From a virus, in IMG/VR virus record IMGVR_UViG_3300042508_000428: a DNA stretch of 64,000 nt, one strand, 5' to 3'. The translations under genes and the position numbers were made by a program. Below the pieces are notes generated by a model. The model worked only from the letters and a program-made list of their open reading frames with translations. It had not been told where the DNA came from and searched no databases. Numbering within the stretch: position 1 is the first letter of the stretch; each line of letters opens with the position of its first letter. Shown here one piece after another: positions 27,543 to 37,696 of the stretch.

Positions 27543-28118
27543 ATGGCACAGCCACCAGTTAAACCAATTTGGGCAGCAGATGCATCAGGTCTTGATCCAA
27601 AAAGATCATATAGATTTATTTTATATCTAAATGAAATTCCATCTTATTTTGTAAAATCAACAGGAGTTCCATCTTTAACAATTAATGATGGTGGAACACA
27701 TAAGTTCCTTGGACATGAATTTAAGTTTCCTGGTGGTGTGAAATGGGAAGGTGATATTACAATTAAGTTGGTTGATACAATTGACTATAACATGGCTCAA
27801 AAGTTCATCGATCACATTAGAAAAGCTGGTTATGTTTATCCATCTAATTTCAGTGAATCATCAACGAGTCCAGAATTCTATAAGAAAACAATTTCAAAAG
27901 CAAAGTTTCCCTTCAAGCAAATTAAAATACAAAGATTAAATTCCGAGGGTTCAACTTTTGAAACATGGGTTCTTAATAATCCTTGGATTTCTAAAGTTGA
28001 TTTTGGAACTGCAAGTTATGATGACGAAAAACTACTCGAAGTTTCTGTAACCTTTAAGTATGACTGGGCAGAACTAAGAGAAGGCGATTCAGGAAACCCA
28101 CCAGCATTCCCAAAATAA
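27543..28118 (+). CDS. Tail tube protein (gp19-like)
   Basis: DPKRSYRFIL, KFPGGVKW..ITIKL, WVLNNPWISKVDFG..SY...VTFKYDWA; follows sheath. Confidence 0.85.
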   Translation: MAQPPVKPIWAADASGLDPKRSYRFILYLNEIPSYFVKSTGVPSLTINDGGTHKFLGHEFKFPGGVKWEGDITIKLVDTIDYNMAQKFIDHIRKAGYVYPSNFSESSTSPEFYKKTISKAKFPFKQIKIQRLNSEGSTFETWVLNNPWISKVDFGTASYDDEKLLEVSVTFKYDWAELREGDSGNPPAFPK

Positions 28119-28130
28119 TAGGAGGTAAGA

Positions 28131-28823
28131 ATGCCCCTATTTTCTAATAAAAGTTCATTAACAAATGGTAAACAGGCTCAACAAGTATATCGTTTTTTGT
28201 TGAGAATAAAAGGCATTGATGCTGCTTTAATACAAGATGTTACTGCTCCATCCTTTTCAATTGGAACAGAAACTGTTAGTATGTTAGAGTATAAATTCAA
28301 GTATCCAACTAAACTAGATTGGAATGGTGAAGTTACATTTAACATAATACAAATTATTGATGATGATTTAATAACTTCCACTCTTGGATATTTTATGCAG
28401 AAGATATATAATTCAAGTTACTATGCAAGTCCGATGGGCATAGGAACTGGGGATAGAGATCTAGTTCTTCCAAATGCATTATTTACTATAAGAGAAAATA
28501 TTTCCAACTTTGCTAATAATGGTCCAAATAATGGTTATTCTAGAAGACCATCGGAAGGAACTGTATTAGATTTATCAAAACAAAAACTTTCTTATTCTTT
28601 GGGAACTGTTGAAATAAGATCATTGGATACAGAAGGAAAAACTTATGAAAGTTGGAAATTAAATAATGCATTCATAACAAGTGTTACACCAGATAATTTT
28701 AGTTACGGCAGTGAAACAATATCTAAAATTTCTGTGAAAGTAAGTTATGATTGGGCATCCTATGGCTTTAGAGGTGTTTATGCCGAAGAAGATGCTGTTT
28801 CAAGAATACTAGGGGTATTCTAA
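28131..28823 (+). CDS. Second tube-fold protein (gp19 paralogue or tube initiator)
   Basis: YRFLL, KYPTKLDW, WKLNNAFITSV, VKVSYDWA parallel the previous gene. Confidence 0.75.
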   Translation: MPLFSNKSSLTNGKQAQQVYRFLLRIKGIDAALIQDVTAPSFSIGTETVSMLEYKFKYPTKLDWNGEVTFNIIQIIDDDLITSTLGYFMQKIYNSSYYASPMGIGTGDRDLVLPNALFTIRENISNFANNGPNNGYSRRPSEGTVLDLSKQKLSYSLGTVEIRSLDTEGKTYESWKLNNAFITSVTPDNFSYGSETISKISVKVSYDWASYGFRGVYAEEDAVSRILGVF

Positions 28824-28835
28824 TAAGAGGTAAAA

Positions 28836-29666
28836 ATGAGTAATGTGAATAAATTTGGATTACCAAATAACTTTGGTAATCAGCAACCTTTTTCAAGACC
28901 AGCCGGGTTCTACCAAGTTCCAACTGATTTTGTAGAACTACCATCTCAGGGAAAATTTTATTCAAAAGATTCTCCTTTGTACGGTTTAGAAAAATTAGAA
29001 ATTAAATATATGACAGCGAGAGAAGAAGATTTATTGGTTTCTCCATCGTTAAAAAAAGAAGGGGTTGCTATTGATAGAGTAATAGAATCATTATTAGTAG
29101 ATAAAAATATTAGAACAAATGATTTATTAGTTGGAGATAAAACAGCAATATTAATTAATGCAAGAAAGAATGCTTATGGAGCAGAATACAAATTTCCGTT
29201 TGTTTGTACAAAATGTGGTCACTTAAACGAACAAGAAGAATCCTTAGAGAATGTTAAATCTAAAGAAATAAAAGAAGATGAATTTAGCAAAATTACAGAA
29301 AATGGAACAATTTTAATAACTCTTCCAAAGTCTAAAGCTACAGTTGAATTAAAAATTTTAACGAGCGAAGACGAGCAAATGATTACCAAGGCGATAGAAA
29401 AAAGATCAAAAAATAATCTACCACCAGAATCCCTGTTAACAAGATATCGCCAGATGTTTGTATCTGTAAATGGAGATACGGACATAGAATTTATTGTTAG
29501 TTTTATTGCAAATATGCCAATTGCAGACTCTGCTTTCCTAAAGAAAAGATATGTAATGTTAACTCCAGATGTTGAATTTAAATATTCAAAACATTGTTCA
29601 GAATGTTCTACTCTGAATGAAGGAGAAGTGCCTATTTTGGCGAACTTTTTTTGGCCGGACTTATGA
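28836..29666 (+). CDS. Baseplate hub assembly protein / tail assembly chaperone (T4 gp26-like)
   Basis: VELPSQG..Y, MTAREEDLL, LLVGDKTAILI.AR..AYG, CTKC and CSEC, ends NFFWP. Confidence 0.75.
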   Translation: MSNVNKFGLPNNFGNQQPFSRPAGFYQVPTDFVELPSQGKFYSKDSPLYGLEKLEIKYMTAREEDLLVSPSLKKEGVAIDRVIESLLVDKNIRTNDLLVGDKTAILINARKNAYGAEYKFPFVCTKCGHLNEQEESLENVKSKEIKEDEFSKITENGTILITLPKSKATVELKILTSEDEQMITKAIEKRSKNNLPPESLLTRYRQMFVSVNGDTDIEFIVSFIANMPIADSAFLKKRYVMLTPDVEFKYSKHCSECSTLNEGEVPILANFFWPDL

Positions 29667-29670
29667 TTTT

Positions 29671-29838
29671 ATGTATCTTCCTACTGAATATATAAATGCT
29701 CTCTATGAAAAAATTTATTATATGAAAACATATATGAATTGGTCTTTTGAAGAAGTATATATTTTACCAATTGTTCTTAGAAATTGGTTTTTTCAAAAAT
29801 GGATAGAAGAAAAATCAAAAAATTTAGAAAGAGAATAA
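29671..29838 (+). CDS. Small gp51-like hub chaperone segment (possibly reached by frameshift)
   Basis: WSFEEVYILPIVLRNWF motif, directly before tape measure; no SD before ATG 29671. Confidence 0.6.
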   Translation: MYLPTEYINALYEKIYYMKTYMNWSFEEVYILPIVLRNWFFQKWIEEKSKNLERE

Positions 29839-29859
29839 TTAATAATAGAGGGATAAATA

Positions 29860-31566
29860 ATGGCAACTCCACCAGCAACTCCACCAGCAACCGGTAGTGA
29901 ATTAGCAGATACAATTGTTGATTTTGTTAAAAGCGTTCTTAGTAAAGCTACTGTAACTGCAACAGAAGGATATGGTGATGCTATACAAAAAGCAGGTGCG
30001 GGCGCTCAAACACTTATACCATTAACAGATGCTCTTGAAAAATTTAGTGAAGCAAGCAACGCCGGAGCGATAAGTCTTGCTACAACAACTTTAAAATTAA
30101 AATTATTTGCAGATGCTGTTGAGACTAATTTACCAAAGTTTGGAAAAGAAGCTGCTTTAGAAATTAGAAATTTAAGCGCAGGAATCAATACTTTAGCGGC
30201 TGTTACAGAAAAAGAAACAAAAATTATTGCATCATTAGGTGAACTGGTAACTGGTAAATTTGGAACTGCGTTTAAAAATCTTGCTCCCCTCATGACTGCC
30301 GCTGCTCAATCTGCTCAAGAGTTTGAAGTCAGAATGAACAAACTTGGTCAAGAAGAACAAGTAATTACAAACCTTAGAAAACAAGCAGATGAATTAAAAA
30401 TGATGGGGATTTCTTATACGTCGCTTAAAGATGCAGCAGCGGAAGCTGTGGCTCAAATTAATTCATCTATAAAAGTAAATCAGGAATCTACAACTTCTTT
30501 TGATAATAATAGAAAGTCTATCCAAGAATTGTTGGCATTTAATAAAAAATTTGGAATTGAGATGGGAGAATCAGCAAAGGTTGTTAATTTAGTTAATGAC
30601 GCTTTTGGAGAAGGAGTTGTCGGAGCAAATAAATTTTCTGATTCTATTATTAGATTTGCCCAGAAAACAGGGCAAGATGCAAGCAAGGTTTTTCAAGCGT
30701 TTAATGGTCAATTAGATTATTTTGCAACAATGTCCTCAGAGAGAGCATTGCAAGCCTTTTCTAGTTTAGAAGCATATGCAAAAAGAACTGGTGTTGAATA
30801 TTCAAAAGTAATAAGCAACATGCAAGAGTTTGATGACATTGCATCTGGTTATGAAAAGATAGGAAAAATAAATAGACTTCTTATGCAATTTGGCGCTTCA
30901 ATAGATCCACAAGCGTTTCTTGAAGCAAGTCCAGAAGAAAAACAAAAATTACTATCAGAAGCAATGGCAAAAGCGGGAGAAACTTATGGAACATTTACGT
31001 CAGAAACAGCAAAAAGACAAATAGCATCTCAATTTGCTGGTCTTCTAGGAACGTCAGTTCAAGACGCGGCTGCAACTTTATCAGGTAATCAGGAATATAT
31101 TAGAGCAAAAACAGCTGCTTTGGAGACAAAACCAACATTAGAATCTTATACGTCAGAAGATAGACAAAAATTAGCAGTAAGTCTATCCACAACAAAAGAC
31201 CTACAAGAGGTAAGAGATGCTTTATTCGAGACAACTGAAGCAGTTAAGTATTTGGCAGACGGAATGAGAAGAGAACAACAGATGAATATTAACCAAGTTT
31301 CTCAAGTATATAAAATGATAGGTGGTTTAGATGGACTTTTAGACAAAATTGCAAGGAGAAATGTTGAAGGAGTTGCAAAAATATCAGGTGAATCCATAAA
31401 GGCATTTGGTAGTGCAGTGGGAGATGTGTTAAATACTCCTATTAGAGATATGACTGATGCAACAAAAATGTCCGCCAAAGCAAGCGAAGTTGTTGCAAAT
31501 ATGCTACCTAAGCTTGGTAAAATTCTCGCGGGTGAAAGCGTTCAAAGCGCAACAACAGGTCAATAA
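29860..31566 (+). CDS. Tape measure protein (candidate)
   Basis: Ala-rich helical protein after tube and chaperone genes. Confidence 0.65.
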   Translation: MATPPATPPATGSELADTIVDFVKSVLSKATVTATEGYGDAIQKAGAGAQTLIPLTDALEKFSEASNAGAISLATTTLKLKLFADAVETNLPKFGKEAALEIRNLSAGINTLAAVTEKETKIIASLGELVTGKFGTAFKNLAPLMTAAAQSAQEFEVRMNKLGQEEQVITNLRKQADELKMMGISYTSLKDAAAEAVAQINSSIKVNQESTTSFDNNRKSIQELLAFNKKFGIEMGESAKVVNLVNDAFGEGVVGANKFSDSIIRFAQKTGQDASKVFQAFNGQLDYFATMSSERALQAFSSLEAYAKRTGVEYSKVISNMQEFDDIASGYEKIGKINRLLMQFGASIDPQAFLEASPEEKQKLLSEAMAKAGETYGTFTSETAKRQIASQFAGLLGTSVQDAAATLSGNQEYIRAKTAALETKPTLESYTSEDRQKLAVSLSTTKDLQEVRDALFETTEAVKYLADGMRREQQMNINQVSQVYKMIGGLDGLLDKIARRNVEGVAKISGESIKAFGSAVGDVLNTPIRDMTDATKMSAKASEVVANMLPKLGKILAGESVQSATTGQ

Positions 31567-31578
31567 GGATAAAAATAT

Positions 31579-32253
31579 ATGGCATTAGAATTTGATATAG
31601 AAAAAATAATAGGTCAAGATACATCCAGCAAATTTGCTCCAAATTATGAAAATAATATTCGGAATAAAATGCTCGGATATAACATTGTTTTTAAATTTCC
31701 AAACAATAATAATCCTGAAGAAAATTCTGTATCATTCCCTGCTTATACCAGCAAAGTAGACGATAGTTACAATACCAATTTTAATTCGGAAAAAGTTTAC
31801 GGTAGAATGGATCCAATACCAGTATACCAAGGAACATCAAGAACAATATCATTTGATCTTTCAATCCCATCAAATGGCCTTGCTCACTCCCAGGAAATTG
31901 CAAAAAAATTAAATATATTAGTTAAAAATACATATCCAATATATCAGAAATATAGTGATACAACAAATATAATAGCATCTCCTCCATTAGTTGCAGTTTT
32001 TTTCTCTAATCTGATATACGATTCAAAGGATAAAACTTATTTGTTGGGTTATTTTGAAAGAGGTTTGTCAATATCACACGATTTAACAAAAGGTGTTTTT
32101 GCTAGAGGAAATGGATTTGAAGTATATCCGAAACTTTATTCTCTTAATTTTTCGTTGACAGTTTTACACAGTTTTTTACCAGGCTATGTTAAATCAGCAA
32201 ACGGAAACGAACCCGTAACAAATCCCATTAATATATTACAGGCGGTTAGATAA
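31579..32253 (+). CDS. Baseplate tube-cap/initiator-like protein
   Basis: VYGRMDPIPVYQGTSRTISF motif; follows tape measure. Confidence 0.55.
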   Translation: MALEFDIEKIIGQDTSSKFAPNYENNIRNKMLGYNIVFKFPNNNNPEENSVSFPAYTSKVDDSYNTNFNSEKVYGRMDPIPVYQGTSRTISFDLSIPSNGLAHSQEIAKKLNILVKNTYPIYQKYSDTTNIIASPPLVAVFFSNLIYDSKDKTYLLGYFERGLSISHDLTKGVFARGNGFEVYPKLYSLNFSLTVLHSFLPGYVKSANGNEPVTNPINILQAVR

Positions 32254-32597
32254 TGGCAATATCTAGATATAGAAAAACAGATAAAACAAAAAATATCGAT
32301 GAAGACTATAAGAAAGTTTTTTCTAGTAGATTTGGTCCAACTGGTCTTGTTCAATATACGACAACCACAATAAAACAACCAACTGATGAAGAATTATTAA
32401 ACGTTACTTATGCAACAGAAACATGGGCGTTAGGTAAAAGATTATACAAGCTTTCATTTAAATATTATGGTGACTCACAATATTGGTGGTTAATAGCATT
32501 GTTTAATAAATTAGGAACAGAAGCAGATTTAAAAGTTGGTGATACTGTCAATATACCTTTACCACTTGATATCGTATTAAATTTATATGGATTTTAA
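32253..32597 (+). CDS. LysM-like baseplate wedge protein (gp53-like)
   Basis: RLYKLSFKYYGDSQYWWLIALFN...LKVGDTVNIP. Confidence 0.7.
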   Translation: MAISRYRKTDKTKNIDEDYKKVFSSRFGPTGLVQYTTTTIKQPTDEELLNVTYATETWALGKRLYKLSFKYYGDSQYWWLIALFNKLGTEADLKVGDTVNIPLPLDIVLNLYGF

Positions 32598-32599
32598 AT

Positions 32600-35176
32600 A
32601 TGAGCAATTCCCTTAACATATATTTTCCAGTAGGTAATTTAAATCATCAAGGTTGGTTAACGGACTTTATTACTCCTTTTATTCCAAGAACTCCGAAGAG
32701 ATCTATAGAAGCAAATTTGTTTTATGATAAAAAGTTTTCAGAGAAAACCTATAAATTGCTAGAACAAAAATTTAACAATATAGCAGAGTTTAATAATTTT
32801 TTATCTAGAAGAAATTACGTAGATGAAGAAAAAATAATATCTATAAATGCAAATCATCTTGATAAAATAGATTTAGATCAAACTTTATCAGACTCTACAT
32901 TAACTCAAGCAGAACATGAAAAATATTTAAGATTTATGTCCTCTGCTAAACCATATGAATTAGCGTTTATACAAAGTTACATGAGATTGTCTTACGGATT
33001 TAAGAGAAATGCAAAAGAAGAAAATTATACATTTATAGATTTTCCTTTTACTCAAATATTTGATAAAGATTTTATTTTAGGAGAAAATAAATCTGGCTTT
33101 CCAAGAACAGAAGGAAGTGGTATCAAATCTATAAACGTATCAAACGAATTTAATGTAGTTACTCATGTAAACTCAAAAGTTACTATTAATTTCTTTTTTG
33201 GTAATATGAAAATATTAACCAGAGAAATGAAAGAAAATGGTTCTGTTGCAGAAAACGAAGAAGTGAATAAGCAAACTTTTCCTTTTGGTTTTAATTTTAT
33301 GAAACTTTTTACAAGTTTTGATATTTCCAGAGAAATTGTTAAACTTGAATACGGTAAAAAAGTTTCAGACGGATTTAATGATTATGTAAAAGATAAAGAT
33401 TTAAAAGATATTATAGAAAAGAAAGAAAAAAAAGTTCTTTATTTAAACAAAATTAATCATAATTTTAACTTTAACAGCGATGGAAGAATAGGTCTTTCTG
33501 TAACTTATCTTGATATAGGTAGAGCAAGATTGCTTAAACCAAATACAGTTTATATACCTTGTGATTCTTCAAAAGTAACGAGTACTGAAAATTATAAAAC
33601 ACTTTTAGAGAATTATCATAATCAAAAAAGACTAGCAAATGAAAAAAATTTAGAAATACTAGCAAAAGAATATGAACTGAAAGATAGTGGTAAAAATCAA
33701 CAATTAAAAGAACTTAGAGAAAGGAATAAAGAAACTCTTTCTGAAATTAATGTAAAACTAGAAAATTTAAGAATAGAACTTAGAAACAATTTTACAACAA
33801 TATTTTTAGATAAAATAAAAGAACAAGGACAATTATTTTCTATTAAATTTAAGTCCAAGAAAGATAAGAATCTAACAACCGTTACTTGTAATTTGAGTTT
33901 AGTTAAACCAACTGACGGGAGTCTGTTAGAACTACGAGAATATGAAAGCGTATATAATTTAGATGATTTTAAAGATTTTCCAAAAAAACAAGAATTATTT
34001 AATAAAATAACCAATACTCCTGGAAATTCTAATACAGGTGATGGAAATAAAATATTTGGACAATTTCAATTTTTTCCTCTTAGATCTTTGATAGCAGCTG
34101 CTTATTCTTTTTTATGTGAAGAAGAAAAAAGAGATGTCCCTTATATACTTTTAGGAAATTCATATACAACCATAAATAATAAAACTGCTTCAATAAACAT
34201 TGGAGATCTTTTAGTAGAAGCGGAGACTTTTAAAAAATGGTATTATGAAAATTGTTTAAGTAAAGACAAAAGAGAGTATTCATTTGGAGCATTCGTTAGT
34301 GATATAGTAAATGATCTAATTCCAAGAATTTTACATAGAAACAAATTAATAAATACCAATTCAGCATCTACAGTTCTTTTTAAGAATTTCTTCTTAACAA
34401 ACGACATACAACAAAGTTTAAAAGATGATTTATATTTTAAAGATTCAGATGAAACATTAAGAACATTTTGTTCTAAAATAACACCACAAGTATCAGAAAA
34501 CAATCCTAATGCTTTAATTTATATCACTCAAATAAACAGTTTTAGTTCTAACTTGCAGGCTCCAACAATAAACAATAATTCATCACAATTTTTTTATGAT
34601 GAAATAAAAGATAATAAAAAAGGTATTTTACATATAAAATTTGGAGCAGATGGTGGATTAATAAAAAATGCAGATTTTTCTGCTACAGATAATTCAAAAA
34701 TAGCTAGCGCGTATTATTATGAATCATTAGCAAATAGTGTTTCAAAAGTATTAATATATTATTATCGAATGAGCATAAATATGATTGGTAATAACACTTT
34801 TTCATATAACTCTTATGTCTGCGTACCACTTAAAGCTCTTGGTCTCGAAACCACAGAAACAGATCCGGGAATCGCAGGTTACTATAGAGTTCTCTCTACA
34901 ACTGATCAAATTAGTCAAGATTTAACATATGATACAACTGCAGAGTGTGTTTGGACATATTCACCAGAAATAAATAAAGTTAAAAATCAAGTTACTCCAA
35001 ATCCAAGTGATAATGGTAAAATCACAGGTCAACTAGATGTAAATGTGAATAGTCCGATAGAATATATTAACAAGTTAATGAGTGATACAACAGATTCCGC
35101 GACAAGCAATGGAGTTCCAACTAATGGTCAGTTAGCGAAAAAAGATGATAAAACTTCTAAAAAATCAGGAGAATAA
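32600..35176 (+). CDS. Large putative baseplate hub protein
   Basis: Position after LysM-like gene; C-terminal MIGNNTF...GIAGYYRV...YDTTAEC resembles hub-protein ends; weak. Confidence 0.4.
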   Translation: MSNSLNIYFPVGNLNHQGWLTDFITPFIPRTPKRSIEANLFYDKKFSEKTYKLLEQKFNNIAEFNNFLSRRNYVDEEKIISINANHLDKIDLDQTLSDSTLTQAEHEKYLRFMSSAKPYELAFIQSYMRLSYGFKRNAKEENYTFIDFPFTQIFDKDFILGENKSGFPRTEGSGIKSINVSNEFNVVTHVNSKVTINFFFGNMKILTREMKENGSVAENEEVNKQTFPFGFNFMKLFTSFDISREIVKLEYGKKVSDGFNDYVKDKDLKDIIEKKEKKVLYLNKINHNFNFNSDGRIGLSVTYLDIGRARLLKPNTVYIPCDSSKVTSTENYKTLLENYHNQKRLANEKNLEILAKEYELKDSGKNQQLKELRERNKETLSEINVKLENLRIELRNNFTTIFLDKIKEQGQLFSIKFKSKKDKNLTTVTCNLSLVKPTDGSLLELREYESVYNLDDFKDFPKKQELFNKITNTPGNSNTGDGNKIFGQFQFFPLRSLIAAAYSFLCEEEKRDVPYILLGNSYTTINNKTASINIGDLLVEAETFKKWYYENCLSKDKREYSFGAFVSDIVNDLIPRILHRNKLINTNSASTVLFKNFFLTNDIQQSLKDDLYFKDSDETLRTFCSKITPQVSENNPNALIYITQINSFSSNLQAPTINNNSSQFFYDEIKDNKKGILHIKFGADGGLIKNADFSATDNSKIASAYYYESLANSVSKVLIYYYRMSINMIGNNTFSYNSYVCVPLKALGLETTETDPGIAGYYRVLSTTDQISQDLTYDTTAECVWTYSPEINKVKNQVTPNPSDNGKITGQLDVNVNSPIEYINKLMSDTTDSATSNGVPTNGQLAKKDDKTSKKSGE

Positions 35177-35179
35177 AAG

Positions 35180-36508
35180 TTGGGTCAGTTAAAAGATAAA
35201 TTTAATGCAAGAAAAGATTATGATGTTTATGGTCCATCTTGGTTAGGATTTTCAAAAGATGGAGGTGAGCGTCCTAAATTTTCTTATTCAGATCCAGATT
35301 TGCCATCCTTATACGCAGAATACTTTATAGACTCTTGGAACGTAATTCCTCTTTATGGCAAAGTAGATACTCTTGGCATACCCATTATGCCAAAAATGGG
35401 TTTGGTTACTTTTTGTTCTTATACGAAAGACCCAAATAGAGTTTTTTTAGTTCAACCAGCAATAAATTTTTATAATTCTTTTAGAGAACAATATGAGGAT
35501 TATTATGCTCTCGGAGCAATAAATAAAAATTCAAAATTCTTTAAAAAGACAATACCACCAGTAAAAGGACATATTGATGGAGATGTTGAATATTATAATA
35601 AAGTAAAACAGTTATATAATCAATTTTTTAATTACGAGGTTGTAAGTCAAAATTCAAAATTATCAAAACTGTGGTCAACAAACGCATCTAACAAAATTAA
35701 AAATTTTGACGATTTTATTAATGAATTAGAAAACTATATTTCTTTTAATAATTTATATTTTACAAGAGCAGGATATGTTGAATCAACTGATTATTCTTTG
35801 CTACATTCTGGTTTAGCAGTTGAAATATATAATGGAGATTCTTCAAATGATCCATTAAGAGAAGAATTTGTTAATGATGTAAACTTCCCATCTTTTATTG
35901 AACTATGTGCAAGAAATAATCTTAAGTTAGACAGAGAAAAACCCTGGAGAGTTTACGTTGACGTTAGAACCACTCCAAATAGAAATAATTTTAATAATAA
36001 ATTTAATATATCTAACTTTCAAAGTAGCATAACACAGTATTTGCCACACTATAAAAATATTCAAGACTTCTTTGACTTCTATTATGCAAGAGCAATACCA
36101 TACGATGAAGTTTCTTTTGTTTATTTTCAAGAATTTATAAACCTAATCAATTCTTTTTATAAATCTTTTATAGAAAGTTTCCCAACTTTTAAATTTTATT
36201 CTATAAATGAGTGTGGAAAAGCAACAGTAAAAGAGATTCAAAGAGGTTTAATGCCTACTTTAAGTGTAGATAAATACCTAGAACTATACTTAAGAATGAG
36301 AAATATAGAGTTGAAATATTCTGTTAATAAAGAAAAACTACAGGAACTTACAAAGCAATCTATTGAATTATACAAAAGTTTAGAAAAAGAACAGGGTTTA
36401 CAAAATTCAGTTATTTTTGCTGTTAAATATTATACAGACAACATTGGAACCCTTGCTTATCGCAACCCTTCGCTCTACGAACTTGACGAGAAAGAAAAGA
36501 TGCCCTAA
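35180..36508 (+). CDS. Hypothetical protein (last gene of the tail block)
   Basis: TTG start with AGGAG SD; clean ORF. Confidence 0.6.
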   Translation: MGQLKDKFNARKDYDVYGPSWLGFSKDGGERPKFSYSDPDLPSLYAEYFIDSWNVIPLYGKVDTLGIPIMPKMGLVTFCSYTKDPNRVFLVQPAINFYNSFREQYEDYYALGAINKNSKFFKKTIPPVKGHIDGDVEYYNKVKQLYNQFFNYEVVSQNSKLSKLWSTNASNKIKNFDDFINELENYISFNNLYFTRAGYVESTDYSLLHSGLAVEIYNGDSSNDPLREEFVNDVNFPSFIELCARNNLKLDREKPWRVYVDVRTTPNRNNFNNKFNISNFQSSITQYLPHYKNIQDFFDFYYARAIPYDEVSFVYFQEFINLINSFYKSFIESFPTFKFYSINECGKATVKEIQRGLMPTLSVDKYLELYLRMRNIELKYSVNKEKLQELTKQSIELYKSLEKEQGLQNSVIFAVKYYTDNIGTLAYRNPSLYELDEKEKMP

Positions 36509-36511
36509 GAT
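36483..36511 (+). promoter_or_regulatory. sigma70-type promoter TTGACG-17-TAAGAT
   Basis: -10 ends 6 nt before ATG 36518, suggesting a leaderless transcript. Confidence 0.7.
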
Positions 36512-36517
36512 GGTGCC

Positions 36518-37696
36518 ATGCTTTTTGAACTAGTTGACTCAAAACAGAATTGTAATAGTTGCTTCGTTGATGGAAATATCAGCGACTATGCTTCTTTAGA
36601 AAATCCAACGCATACTTGGGATTATTCACCAACATTTGAGAACAGACAAATGGAACTTGCCTGCCTTTATGCTGGCACAAAGAATATTGAAGATGCTTGC
36701 TCTCACGAACTTAGAGAAAGATACTTGTCTCTTAGATCTCGTTTGAAAGCATTTATGAAGTCTTTTATTACAGCACAAGTAAATTTAAAAGAAAATTGCT
36801 TCTTTGATCTTGTTCCAATTACTTTTGTTCATGAACTTTTTTCTGTCCGCTCTTTGATTATGAAAGAGATATTTGAAACAAAGAAAAGACCAGATAATTA
36901 TGACTTTCTCTACAATCTTAACAAGATGATTTATGAAATCTCTGAAAAGGAGATAAAGATTGAGATGAAAAATTTGCCTGTCATTGGAGAGATCCGCAAT
37001 GCAAGCAAAATGAAGAAGAAAGTTAAATACAACATGTTTGGAACAATTACCGGTCGTCTTTCGACAGAACAGGATAGTTTTCCAATTCTAACAATGAACA
37101 AGAATCTTCGTTGCATTGTTGAGCCGAACAATGATTTCTTGCTGGAACTTGATTTTAATGCTTTTGAACCAAGAATTCTTCTTGCCCTCAACGGAAAAAA
37201 ACAACCAAATACGGATCTACACGAATGGAACAAGGACAATATCTTAATTGGAACCAGCAGAGACGGAGCAAAGAAGAAGTTCCTAGCATGGATGTATGAT
37301 GAGAGAGGTACTACTACACTACCCCCTCTACAAGAGAAGAAGATCAAATTTTTCTATGATAAAAATCTTGTAAAGAGTAAATACTATGATGGTTGCTTGG
37401 TTAAAAACCATTACGGCAGAGAAATAAAAGCAGACAAAGAACACGCCTTAAATTACATCATACAGAGCACCGCTTCTGACTGCTTCTTGCGGAGAATGGT
37501 TGAGGTAAATAATCTCTTAAAAGGTAAGAAATCCTTTGTTAAATTCTTGATTCACGACTCAGTTGTGATTGATATGTCTGTAGAAGAAAAGAATCTTGTA
37601 AAAGATATATGTAATGTGTTCTCGAACACAGACTTTGGTAAATTTATGATTACAAAAAAGATTGGTAAAAATTATGGAGATATGAAAAAACTATGA
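36518..37696 (+). CDS. polA: Minimal family A DNA polymerase (polymerase domain only)
   Basis: TITGRLS, motif A LELDFNAFEPR, motif B RDGAKKKFLAWMY, NYIIQSTASD, motif C LIHDS. Confidence 0.85.
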   Translation: MLFELVDSKQNCNSCFVDGNISDYASLENPTHTWDYSPTFENRQMELACLYAGTKNIEDACSHELRERYLSLRSRLKAFMKSFITAQVNLKENCFFDLVPITFVHELFSVRSLIMKEIFETKKRPDNYDFLYNLNKMIYEISEKEIKIEMKNLPVIGEIRNASKMKKKVKYNMFGTITGRLSTEQDSFPILTMNKNLRCIVEPNNDFLLELDFNAFEPRILLALNGKKQPNTDLHEWNKDNILIGTSRDGAKKKFLAWMYDERGTTTLPPLQEKKIKFFYDKNLVKSKYYDGCLVKNHYGREIKADKEHALNYIIQSTASDCFLRRMVEVNNLLKGKKSFVKFLIHDSVVIDMSVEEKNLVKDICNVFSNTDFGKFMITKKIGKNYGDMKKL

